A stretch of 53,352 bases of DNA. It comes from a virus. Its lineage: Duplodnaviria > Caudoviricetes. Each line of letters opens with the position of its first letter. The first letter of the stretch is position 1. A program made the translations under genes and the position numbers. The DNA is taken from the IMG/VR virus record IMGVR_UViG_3300024518_002533, positions 1 through 53,352 of that record, one strand, 5' to 3'. Of the stretch, positions 8,747 to 17,686 are shown piece after piece. The notes under the pieces were generated by a model that ran no database searches, was not told the DNA's origin, and saw only the letters and a list, made by a program, of their open reading frames with translations.

Positions 8747-9900
8747 ATCGTTTCGATCGCTCCATTGCGGGATATATCCAGCCATTCTTGGCAGCACTGG
8801 TAATAGAATGACTCCCATCTCCCGACCATTGCGGACGCGGAGAAATGTCGTCGCGAGATTACCGCCGCGCGCCGTACAATCTCAACCGATGCATCGCTTG
8901 TAGTGGCAAGTTGAATCGACTTTGCTAGATGCTCTGGCTTTGGCGGGCAATCTGTGTGCCACGCCGCCGGTTCGCCCCCAAAGTAAACCGTCTCGACTTC
9001 TTTCAGCGTATTGAACTCGGAACAAACCAGCGGAACGCCAGCGTGAAACGCCTCAATCATTACCAGCGGAAACGCCTCGCTACTGCTTGGGATTGCGACG
9101 ACGTCCGAAGCGGCGTAGACGTCGCCCAGCGCCTGCAATTGCGGAAGTGGAAAGAACACCCGCCCCGGCGTCTCCTCTGCCATAACTCGCAGGTCCCTGG
9201 CTTGGTCGCCCCAACCGTAGATGACCGCAACGTAATCCTGCGGCAAGTATCGCATTGCCTTTACCAGCAGATCGGCGCCCTTGCCTTCGAAGAGTCGCCC
9301 GACGTAAAGAACCACCTTCTTATCGTTCGGGATTCCCCATAGATTTCGTTGGTGGTCACGACCGAAGCAAACACACGTTCGCTCGGTGTCCGCACCGTTG
9401 TGAATGACGTGAATTTTGCTCGACTTGCGCACGCGTTCAGAGAATGAAAGAACTGCCGATTCACTAACCGCAACGTGGTAATGGGCTAGGCTTTCGCCGC
9501 GGTCTTGCGTCCATTTCCAAGTCCATTCGTTCGCCTTTTCCATTCCGCTAGCATGCGTCACGTGGACTACGGGAACTTTCAACGCGTCGAAGTTCATTGG
9601 ACCGAAACCCCAGTACATAATCAGATCGAACCGTAGCCCTCTAGCCACTTGCTCGTGAACAGCCCGAACTATCGCATTATCGTGGCTTTCATCTTCTTCT
9701 CGCTTTGCCTGGCAGACTGGAACGCCGCCCAATTGCGAAGACAGACGAGGGGCGCCGTCCAGCGTGATAATGCCGGCATACTTCACGCGCGAGGCATGTC
9801 GCACGAGTGTAGTCAGATGTTGCTCGGCTCCGCCTGGAGCTAGACCTGGAGTCAGCGCGAGAACTCGTAGCGTAGGCTCGTAGAATTGAACGCTCTGCAT
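8743..9900 (-). CDS. Glycosyltransferase family 4
   Basis: GGAE, AVSES, IHNG, YVGRL..GKG, SSSEAFPLVMIEA..AGVP. Confidence 0.9.
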   Translation of the reverse strand: MQSVQFYEPTLRVLALTPGLAPGGAEQHLTTLVRHASRVKYAGIITLDGAPRLSSQLGGVPVCQAKREEDESHDNAIVRAVHEQVARGLRFDLIMYWGFGPMNFDALKVPVVHVTHASGMEKANEWTWKWTQDRGESLAHYHVAVSESAVLSFSERVRKSSKIHVIHNGADTERTCVCFGRDHQRNLWGIPNDKKVVLYVGRLFEGKGADLLVKAMRYLPQDYVAVIYGWGDQARDLRVMAEETPGRVFFPLPQLQALGDVYAASDVVAIPSSSEAFPLVMIEAFHAGVPLVCSEFNTLKEVETVYFGGEPAAWHTDCPPKPEHLAKSIQLATTSDASVEIVRRAAVISRRHFSASAMVGRWESFYYQCCQEWLDISRNGAIETI

Positions 9901-9951
9901 GTTGTTTTCCTTGTTCGAAAACAACATTATAGACACCACCGCTGCGGTTAC

Positions 9952-12603
9952 CTATGGACCATAACCGGAATCTACCTCTGGTTCATCCCATGGGTCGTTA
10001 AGATGAATCGGTATGTCTGGCTTGGGCGGTTCCGGTTTCACCACGTTTGGATCGGTTATCGGCGTGGTGTTCGGTGGTTGCGATTTTATAAAGCAGGGAT
10101 CGCTCCATGGGTCGTCCAGTGGATGGACTCTGCAATGGTCGACCGGGTCGAAGTCTGGCGGTACTCCAATGTCTGGCGGGTCGTCTGGTTCAGGATCCGG
10201 TAACCCTGGGTCACCATCTGGATCTGGACCGCCTGGACCGTCTGGACCGTCTGGACCGTCTGGACCTCCGGGTCCACCGGGACTCGGGATACCGCCGCCG
10301 CCCTCGCTGTCAGTGGAGCCACATGGATTCCAATGAAAACCCGGAACGATAGCGGGACCGGGGAACGTTCTATTTGTGGGCAGCCGCCCGTCTGGGTGCT
10401 CAATCAACAGCCCGTTTCTGAAGACCCACTGAACGCAATCGCTCGGCGCCCCTGGCTCCGTCTCTGGATATTCGCCTTCCGTCGGCGCGCAAGGATCCTC
10501 GCCTGGACCGTGTGGTGTTCCGTAGTCCTCGCAGTTTTCCATCCATTCACAGAAGTATGGAAACAGATTGCGGCATAGTAAACGCTGGAATTCTTCGTCA
10601 CGCTCTTCATTTGTAAGGCATCGCTGGACCTTCGGCGATACGTCCACGCCTGGACCGAACCATCCTAGCTTTGCTGCGTTTGGTCCCCGTCGCTCCGCAA
10701 TCACGTATTTGTGTGACCGTCCTGGATCGGGGGGAAGCACGATATGGGCGCCACCGTCCGTGAGACTCGATTGCGGGAATGAGCTAGCGCCAAACTGGAT
10801 TTGTCCATGCAGTAGGTGAACGGCTGATGTACGCGGGATCGTCGACCATTTTAGCTGCCGGCCGCTCTGCGTATTCAAGACTGTGTTTACTGGTCCTGGC
10901 GTAAAGTCAATACCAATCGAGGTTCCAGCGAGACGCAATAGCCGAAGCATGCCGCCCTTGTTGACTACGATCAGCGATGGGTCTTTTGCTTCGTTGATTG
11001 TGCGTCCGCTGACACATCGCGCCGCCCAGTCAGCGAAGTCGGCCACGCCTGGTACTCCGCCGCCGCCTGACGTCCCACCGATCGCGACGATGACCCACAT
11101 ACCGCCTTTGCCCAGTTGGTAATTCCACTGGCAGTAGCAAACCTTTCCAGGTTTGATGGGTCCACCCGTGCCGTTCATGGCTAGCTGCTGGCGCTCCGGA
11201 AGCCAGTTAACCTGCGTACCGATGACAGCACCCGAGCGCGGATTGATATACACCATCGAATCGGCGTTGATTTCTCCCGTGTCTTCGTTTTGGTCGGCCT
11301 TGTTGACCGGTCTGTTTATCGTCGCGTGGACGAATCGCGAGTAGGGCGCCCAGTCCAGCGTATTCGGCGGTCCTGGTTTGAACACGGTTCCAGGTTGATA
11401 ATCGGCGTCGACTTCGACACTAGAAATCGTGGTAGTCATTCCGTCAGCAGTTCCCCGGTTGCGGTAGGTGACGGATCCCCATCGCGCCGACACCTGCACA
11501 CCAACCAGCCCCGCCAGCGTGTACCCCTGCGCTCTCGCCCGCATCAACTCCATGTCGAAGTATCTTCGCGCGTATCGCTTCATCATGGCGTGCAGCTGAG
11601 ATTGATTGACGATTGCGCCTTTGTCGTCACGTATCGCAAACGTCGGGCACCAGACCACTGAACGCCCCTCAAGATGCGCCGCTATCTGCACGCTCGGAAC
11701 CTCTTCGTGCGTGGTCGTACGCTTCGGTTGCCATTCGGTGGTCGAATAGTCCTGCTTATAGACCGGCTTCATACGGTGGACGTCGCCCGGCGTAACGGAT
11801 CGCGTGTCTGGGTGTCGATGCCATTGGTAGTCTCGGTTTTGGCATGCAACAACCACCGTGCGAGGTACAACCGGACGCTGTAGTAAAAACTTACCATCGA
11901 CGTTTAGCGGTGAGGGTAGAGGCGTCGTAATGTTTTCCCATTGGAACACCTCAGCGCGACCGGTGGTATCCAAACGCAAGGACCATCCAACCGTATTCAG
12001 CACGTGCCAGAGTGCATCCCACGCATTGACGCCATGAAACGCGACGTCCAAAAAATCCTCATCTACCACATTCGCGTGGAATCGCAGAGGTCCGCCGAAC
12101 AGACCTTCCAGCGGATCGAACAACGCGCTACAGATTGCCTTGGCTCGCATCGTCGTATCGTTAGCTGGTTCACTTCCGCCTACGCTCGCCTCCGTGAACG
12201 CTCGGCGGTTGAACGTCTCGTCCACGTACGCTAAATGAGCTTTGCTCCGTGCGTCTGCGATCGTGACTAAATATGGGGTCTGTGCGTCGGTAATGAAATC
12301 GACCGCGAACGGAAAGACGGCTTGCGTGTCGATTACCGATAGATTGACAACCTTAAACGTACGGTTAGGGAGATCGCTAATTTCTAGAACATGCTGGTTC
12401 AGCTGCGGATTCGGTAGCGTCCCTATGTGCTGCTTGGTCATTAGAATATGACCAATTGACGGTTCGCGCCCGCGGTTGTTCGTCCATCGGTTCGCCCGCT
12501 TCAGAAGCGGCGTAACCTCGATGTCGTATTCGTCGAGCTGGCGCAATAAGTCGTCCGGCTCTAAAACCGGTCTATTTGCAAATTGCCATTTCAGAACCGA
12601 CAT
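9952..12603 (-). CDS. Large tail/baseplate-hub-like structural protein with Gly-Pro-Asp collagen-like and Pro-rich C-terminus
   Basis: 883 aa at the end of the morphogenesis operon; (GPD)n encoded by CTGGACCGT repeats at about 10224-10268. Confidence 0.5.
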   Translation of the reverse strand: MSVLKWQFANRPVLEPDDLLRQLDEYDIEVTPLLKRANRWTNNRGREPSIGHILMTKQHIGTLPNPQLNQHVLEISDLPNRTFKVVNLSVIDTQAVFPFAVDFITDAQTPYLVTIADARSKAHLAYVDETFNRRAFTEASVGGSEPANDTTMRAKAICSALFDPLEGLFGGPLRFHANVVDEDFLDVAFHGVNAWDALWHVLNTVGWSLRLDTTGRAEVFQWENITTPLPSPLNVDGKFLLQRPVVPRTVVVACQNRDYQWHRHPDTRSVTPGDVHRMKPVYKQDYSTTEWQPKRTTTHEEVPSVQIAAHLEGRSVVWCPTFAIRDDKGAIVNQSQLHAMMKRYARRYFDMELMRARAQGYTLAGLVGVQVSARWGSVTYRNRGTADGMTTTISSVEVDADYQPGTVFKPGPPNTLDWAPYSRFVHATINRPVNKADQNEDTGEINADSMVYINPRSGAVIGTQVNWLPERQQLAMNGTGGPIKPGKVCYCQWNYQLGKGGMWVIVAIGGTSGGGGVPGVADFADWAARCVSGRTINEAKDPSLIVVNKGGMLRLLRLAGTSIGIDFTPGPVNTVLNTQSGRQLKWSTIPRTSAVHLLHGQIQFGASSFPQSSLTDGGAHIVLPPDPGRSHKYVIAERRGPNAAKLGWFGPGVDVSPKVQRCLTNEERDEEFQRLLCRNLFPYFCEWMENCEDYGTPHGPGEDPCAPTEGEYPETEPGAPSDCVQWVFRNGLLIEHPDGRLPTNRTFPGPAIVPGFHWNPCGSTDSEGGGGIPSPGGPGGPDGPDGPDGPGGPDPDGDPGLPDPEPDDPPDIGVPPDFDPVDHCRVHPLDDPWSDPCFIKSQPPNTTPITDPNVVKPEPPKPDIPIHLNDPWDEPEVDSGYGP

Positions 12604-13870
12604 GTGGAGAACTCCAGGGGAATTGTTGCGACAATCTTAGCTGATTCCCCTGGTTTGGGTCGCGGTTCTTCTTGACCGCTGCTTTCGCGCCGGCTGCTAC
12701 TTCATCAGGCAATTGCGAGCCATCGGCGGTCATCGGGTCTGGACCGTGGCCGGCGTCATCTTCCTCGATCAACCCGAACGGCACAATCTCGTAGTCGGTG
12801 GATAGCCCTCGCATGCGGCATAGCGGCTGGAATATCTGCCGGTCTGCATCGTGAATCAGCCAATAGACGACTTGCGTCATAATCGCCCGTACGGCGGTCT
12901 CGGGAATCTTCCGACCACTGAATCCTGAACCGGTTTCCGCTGCCTGGAATACTTCTTCAGACAATCCAAGCCCCTCGGTCATCTCGCGCCGAAGATTCTT
13001 GATGTATTCGATGACTTCCGCCGAACCCGTGACGGCTGGGACAGCTTCTACGTCCCATTTGTATTTATTGCTTACTGGATCAACATCACTCGGCAATGTG
13101 AACACGGCTCCGCTTCGGTGGTTTTCAATCGCTTTCTTGGCCACAGTCCTCGCGTTTCTCATCATTCCGGTTTCGGGATCCTTAACCATTTCGTTGGGGT
13201 GTCGGATGATGTGCCCCTGGAATGCGTACTTGTAGAAGAAGACTCGCCGCATGTCCATCGCGCCGAATTCATCGTATAGCTCGTTCCATGGAATGTAGGC
13301 GCTCTCGTACTTGCTGCGCCCCCACCATGGGTGATAGTCGCGACGGTGGACCGTCCAGAAAGCCTGATGACCGCCTAGATATCTCTTCTGCGCGTTGTGC
13401 TGCAGCTCCAGACCAATCAGGCGCCCGGCCATCGTTACCGGGCGCATGTCCTGCGCTCGGAACTTCTGAAAGTGTGAGAATTCCAAGCCGTCGTCGGTGT
13501 GTTCGTAGATCGTCTCTCCGCCTGCCCAGCCCCAATCCATGCAATCCATCATGTGCGGCGCACCGCCAACCCAGAACTTTTCTAGCTGCTTCATCACGAA
13601 TTGTTTTGTTTCGCTCGGACGGTCAATTGGGCAACCGTCGTTGATCCAAAACTTAGGTAGGCTCGTCGCCATGCCTTTTAAGACGTCCATGCCCAGCGAT
13701 AATCTAGGCTCGCGTTGCATTGCTGGTACGTGCGTAAATCGGTGGAACGGAGGGTTGCGCCGCCAGTCATACCACCACTGCGACAAAATGGAAGTTTGGT
13801 AAGGCTCGTAATCGACAATCGACTGCGTGGTTCTATTAACCTGCTGCTGTTTTCGCTTGTTGAGCAACAC
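12572..13870 (-). CDS. Portal protein (Mu gp29/DUF935-like)
   Basis: 432 aa; WGW...E..Y, PWWGRSKYESAYIPW, F..KYA, DRQIFQPL...; SD GGAGGAG before a GTG start. Confidence 0.75.
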   Translation of the reverse strand: MLLNKRKQQQVNRTTQSIVDYEPYQTSILSQWWYDWRRNPPFHRFTHVPAMQREPRLSLGMDVLKGMATSLPKFWINDGCPIDRPSETKQFVMKQLEKFWVGGAPHMMDCMDWGWAGGETIYEHTDDGLEFSHFQKFRAQDMRPVTMAGRLIGLELQHNAQKRYLGGHQAFWTVHRRDYHPWWGRSKYESAYIPWNELYDEFGAMDMRRVFFYKYAFQGHIIRHPNEMVKDPETGMMRNARTVAKKAIENHRSGAVFTLPSDVDPVSNKYKWDVEAVPAVTGSAEVIEYIKNLRREMTEGLGLSEEVFQAAETGSGFSGRKIPETAVRAIMTQVVYWLIHDADRQIFQPLCRMRGLSTDYEIVPFGLIEEDDAGHGPDPMTADGSQLPDEVAAGAKAAVKKNRDPNQGNQLRLSQQFPWSSPHVGSEMAICK

Positions 13871-14116
13871 GGTACTCCTCCAATATGAATTCTGATTCGG
13901 CTATCTCTGCTTCTTCGAGGCTTCCAGTAGTCGCCAGCGTTAGCCGTTTTGCTGTTGCTGCTGTGGGGTCTCTGGTCCACTCTCGGTGGTCGAGTTCTCG
14001 CTCTGCTCGCAGTCGGGCGATGTGCCCTCTGAGTATTTGATAGTCGTCTCTGGTGATTTGGCTTGGGAGTATTCGGAAATGGTCGGCGATGTCGGCGAGC
14101 CATCTAGTTTTTTTTT
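13836..14116 (-). CDS. -1 frameshift extension of the tail chaperone (gpGT-like)
   Basis: The -1 frame after the A9 run is open for 90 codons: TRWLADIADHFRILPSQITRDDYQILRGHIARLRAERELDHREW...QAKTAAG*. Confidence 0.65.
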
Positions 14117-14485
14117 GAATAACGCAAACCCAGCACGTATCGCCCTGTCGATTTGAATCGCTTCGTCCATCGTCACCGCATCAAGTCCGTACGCATCCTG
14201 AAAGTGTAATGCTATCAGCCCGTAGTATTGCTCATCCCTGCGATCACATTCGATGCGATAGTTTTGTAGGACCATCTCTTCACGCGCCTTGTCTGGATCC
14301 TCCGATGATTGCGGGTGTTCCTCGGTTGCTTTCGCAAGGAAGTCCAGAAACAGATAGTAGGTGTGCGAAGCCGCCACCTTCAGAGGTCCGGTAGCGAACT
14401 GCAGTTGAACGTTGACCCTGCTGATTTTCGCAACAATGGTTTCCGATCCGTCGTCTTCGGTAATTGTTTCGTACTGTTGGCTCAT
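13940..14485 (-). CDS. Tail assembly chaperone (gpG-like, zero frame)
   Basis: Contains an A9 slippery run (14108-14116) encoding FKKK; the zero-frame tail is low-complexity S/T/P/E. Confidence 0.65.
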   Translation of the reverse strand: MSQQYETITEDDGSETIVAKISRVNVQLQFATGPLKVAASHTYYLFLDFLAKATEEHPQSSEDPDKAREEMVLQNYRIECDRRDEQYYGLIALHFQDAYGLDAVTMDEAIQIDRAIRAGFALFKKKLDGSPTSPTISEYSQAKSPETTIKYSEGTSPDCEQSENSTTESGPETPQQQQQNG

Positions 14486-16203
14486 CTTGGAATCCTAATG
14501 TTCGGAGAAGTGACATAGCCCAGCTGCGGGTCGGGTATGCCGCGGACTTCGTATCTTTGCGCCCACGTCGCGTAATGTACACGGCACTTGCCAACCATGC
14601 GCTCTGTATGGTTGAAAACCATCTCCCCACGAGGCGTAAGATTGGCATTTCCACCGTATGACACTAGCTTCGGTTCTGGAATCTCTTTGTTCATTCTTTC
14701 GGCAATGCCAGTGAACAATATGTACACCCGCGGTTCGCCCTGAGTGTGCATCACTAGGTCTGAGTCAGACGCTACAGGAAACGGCGGTCCAGCCCTACTG
14801 TTGAATGTTTTGAATCCACCAGTTGGATATAGCGGTGCCGTCTTGGTGTCGGTCACCTGTTTGATTGTCGGTTCAAATATTACCCACGCAGTCTTGCATT
14901 CATCTGGACCCACCAAACGCACTAAGGTAGTCGGGCGAAATGGCGAAGCCTGGGTGTCTATCACCTTCATTGCTCCGTCGCTACTTCCGGTATTGCAGAG
15001 TGTAATCAGCTTAGACTTGGTCCGCGTTAACGCTGCCACACCTCGCGGGTTCCAGATGCGCGGTTCCATAATCTGCTGGTACGCTTGCCAGCTGGTCGTC
15101 ATCGGCTGCGTGAATAATCCCGCCGCCTTGAAGGAATCCTGCGGGTTGTCCGTGATTAGCTGATACGTGTAGCTCGCTGAGAAGTCGCGCCCGGTCTCGT
15201 CGTTCGTGATTTGGAAATCCAGAGGTTTTACCGAAACGTCGTCTATTGGATCTCCGTTACCGTCCGTTCCACTGCTCGCGGTAACCGTCGCGTTGGATGC
15301 GTCTAGCTTTGCCTTTAGGTGCAACAGGAACAGCGACAGCGCAACCGACTTGTGAAACCCTGGCGCTACGCTGAAATTTCCTCGTATGGTGTTGTGCCAT
15401 CTGATTCCAGGAAATCCCACCGACTTCATAGTGTGCGTGACGTCTTGTTTTGTTATCCCTGGTAGCGGCGGATAGTCGCTTTCAGATTGCGTGTCGACAA
15501 TATTGAAGCTGAGTATTCTGTCGCCACGTGGAAGCGTCCAAGTCTGCGATTCGCGAATGAAGCCCTCGGGGACTGGTATCTTGACTTTACTTCGGTAGGA
15601 GTCGACTAAGACAGTCACCTGTCCCGACGTTAGCTTATTACTGATTTCGACCGAACCGGTTACCTGACGCGACGTCAAACCGTCTCGAATCGTGTAGGCA
15701 ACATCGAATACGAATTCGGAAACGCTGCCGGCAATCGTAGATTCGCATTCAGACAGAGCTACTTCCACTTCCCAGACTAGCTTCGCTGACTGGTTCGCCG
15801 CGATGGGTTCCCAACTGAGAAGCTTCACCACTGGACCAAATTGGATATCGTCTCGCCCGGATGAAGTGTTGATTTCGAAGTCGTAACCGAAGCCCTTGCC
15901 CCAGAAATGAAACTCTTTCCCTTGCTCGGTGAGAACGCGTCTCAGCCGGTCCATGCCTTCTTTAGCGCCTGGCGGGAGTGTTCCGTCAATGGATTCTAGC
16001 GCGTCAGGAAAATACGACTCATCAAGGTGTTCGTCGATGCCTACGTAGACAATACACTCCACCGTGATCGTGTAGAGCACATACTTCGTGTAGCGTCCGC
16101 TCTGGTCCATCACCGGGCGCGCCGCGACTCTAGCCTGAATCGCTGCGGGGAAGTCAAACCCGTTGTAAAACAATCGACCTTGTACGAACGTCTCGTGTTC
16201 CAT
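14482..16203 (-). CDS. Tail structural protein (distal tail/baseplate-like)
   Basis: 573 aa, beta-rich, immediately after the tape-measure-like gene. Confidence 0.5.
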   Translation of the reverse strand: MEHETFVQGRLFYNGFDFPAAIQARVAARPVMDQSGRYTKYVLYTITVECIVYVGIDEHLDESYFPDALESIDGTLPPGAKEGMDRLRRVLTEQGKEFHFWGKGFGYDFEINTSSGRDDIQFGPVVKLLSWEPIAANQSAKLVWEVEVALSECESTIAGSVSEFVFDVAYTIRDGLTSRQVTGSVEISNKLTSGQVTVLVDSYRSKVKIPVPEGFIRESQTWTLPRGDRILSFNIVDTQSESDYPPLPGITKQDVTHTMKSVGFPGIRWHNTIRGNFSVAPGFHKSVALSLFLLHLKAKLDASNATVTASSGTDGNGDPIDDVSVKPLDFQITNDETGRDFSASYTYQLITDNPQDSFKAAGLFTQPMTTSWQAYQQIMEPRIWNPRGVAALTRTKSKLITLCNTGSSDGAMKVIDTQASPFRPTTLVRLVGPDECKTAWVIFEPTIKQVTDTKTAPLYPTGGFKTFNSRAGPPFPVASDSDLVMHTQGEPRVYILFTGIAERMNKEIPEPKLVSYGGNANLTPRGEMVFNHTERMVGKCRVHYATWAQRYEVRGIPDPQLGYVTSPNIRIPR

Positions 16204-17145
16204 TTAGATGTTGCTCAGTAGCTGGAATGGATCGAGTAAGTTATTGAGCTGCTGCATCTGCTGTGCGGTGGCGTTGGGTATGAAAATCCCAAGAACGAAA
16301 TCAATCACTTCTTCAATCTTATTCATCAACGGTTCTGGAAGGATTTCGCGGAGCACCTCAAGGAGAGTAACTTTTCCCTGCTTTGCCCACTGCGTGAAAT
16401 CAACGATTAGGTTTATGGCGTTAAGGATTGCCGTCAATCCTTGCGTGATCCGCGTAAGATCTGGAGCAATTGACCCAACGAAGGCGGCGCGCAGGTCGCG
16501 AACTTCTTCGAGTAGTTGTGACCTCGCCGTGACGAATCCGCCAAGTGCGCCTTGATTCTCCCGCGCCCGGCGTAGGTCTCCCATCAACTCCCGAACTTCA
16601 GATTGTGCTGTTGCTGCCGCGACAGCAGCGTTTATGTCTTTGGCTCGCTTAATTTCCGTGTTCAACTGATTGAGCTGGAACTTCACGGCGACCGCTGCCA
16701 AACCTAAGCCGGCTATCGCTGGCGCTGCCGCTGCGGCAGCCATCCCCAGCGTGACTGCCCCCGCGACTGGCGCTCCGCCTATCACCATACCCGCTAACCC
16801 CGATCCCGCGGCCGCCGATCCCGCGCCAAGACCGAAGGTCGACGCGACTTGCGTTAGCTCGCGACTGCCCTCTGGTCTTGTTGGTGGACGGACACCACCG
16901 CCTCTGCCAGATCCACCTCCTCCGCCGCCAGCTCCACCTCCAACGGATGGCGGTGCGCTTTGACCGATGGGAATGCCAAGACCCGATGCTTGCTTCAGAA
17001 GCGCGTCTTGTTCCGACTTAGGCAAGTCGCCCAACTGCGAGCGTATCTGGTCCGCCGGCGTTGGGCGCTGGGTTTGTGTCGGACTCCCACCGGTTGCGTC
17101 ATCGGTGACGATTTCGACTTTAAGGACAACGTCATCATCAGCCAT
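16204..17145 (-). CDS. Short tape-measure-like protein
   Basis: MADDDVVLKVEIVTD start, Gly/Ala-rich hydrophobic segment, helical C-terminal half; follows the tail tube gene; only 313 aa. Confidence 0.5.
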   Translation of the reverse strand: MADDDVVLKVEIVTDDATGGSPTQTQRPTPADQIRSQLGDLPKSEQDALLKQASGLGIPIGQSAPPSVGGGAGGGGGGSGRGGGVRPPTRPEGSRELTQVASTFGLGAGSAAAGSGLAGMVIGGAPVAGAVTLGMAAAAAAPAIAGLGLAAVAVKFQLNQLNTEIKRAKDINAAVAAATAQSEVRELMGDLRRARENQGALGGFVTARSQLLEEVRDLRAAFVGSIAPDLTRITQGLTAILNAINLIVDFTQWAKQGKVTLLEVLREILPEPLMNKIEEVIDFVLGIFIPNATAQQMQQLNNLLDPFQLLSNI

Positions 17146-17154
17146 CGGTGCGCC

Positions 17155-17682
17155 TTATGTGGGTGGGTTGTCGACCTGGTCAAACAGCGCCCAGCGGTCT
17201 GGATTCGGGTCAACTCCTTCAAAGAATGTAGCGTACACCTGAAGCACAAGCGGAACGTTTCTGTTCCTGGACCCCCAACGCTGCGTAATATTGAAGCCCG
17301 GCGCGACTCCAACATTGTGGAAAAGTCTCTGGTAGGGTCTTGCGCAACCGTGCGCCGTGATTCGCAGTTGCCGCCCGACGATAGGGCATCCTACTGTTGA
17401 TAGATCGATTTCACCTAGGGTTGTCGGGCTGAGAGGCCACTGCAATATTTTGGCGGCTTGTAGGTTCGCTTCCAGCAAAGTGAACGATATCGACATGGAT
17501 CCGGCCCGATTGATCACGCCTAGCACCAGGTCGCCCGTTGCGTCTCCCCTAATCTCTTCTCCAGTAAACGCGACGTTGTCCTCGGGAATGTCCATTACGG
17601 TGCCAAGTGGAAGCCAACTCGGCGTGCCGCCGGGGTTCCCGTCCAGTTCCCAGAGATATGAACCGCTTGTGAAACCTGCCAT
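17155..17682 (-). CDS. Major tail tube protein
   Basis: 175 aa; W.PLG...EEIRGD..GD.VLGVI...MSISFTLLE; position after the terminator-like gene. Confidence 0.65.
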   Translation of the reverse strand: MAGFTSGSYLWELDGNPGGTPSWLPLGTVMDIPEDNVAFTGEEIRGDATGDLVLGVINRAGSMSISFTLLEANLQAAKILQWPLSPTTLGEIDLSTVGCPIVGRQLRITAHGCARPYQRLFHNVGVAPGFNITQRWGSRNRNVPLVLQVYATFFEGVDPNPDRWALFDQVDNPPT

Positions 17683-17686
17683 GTGC

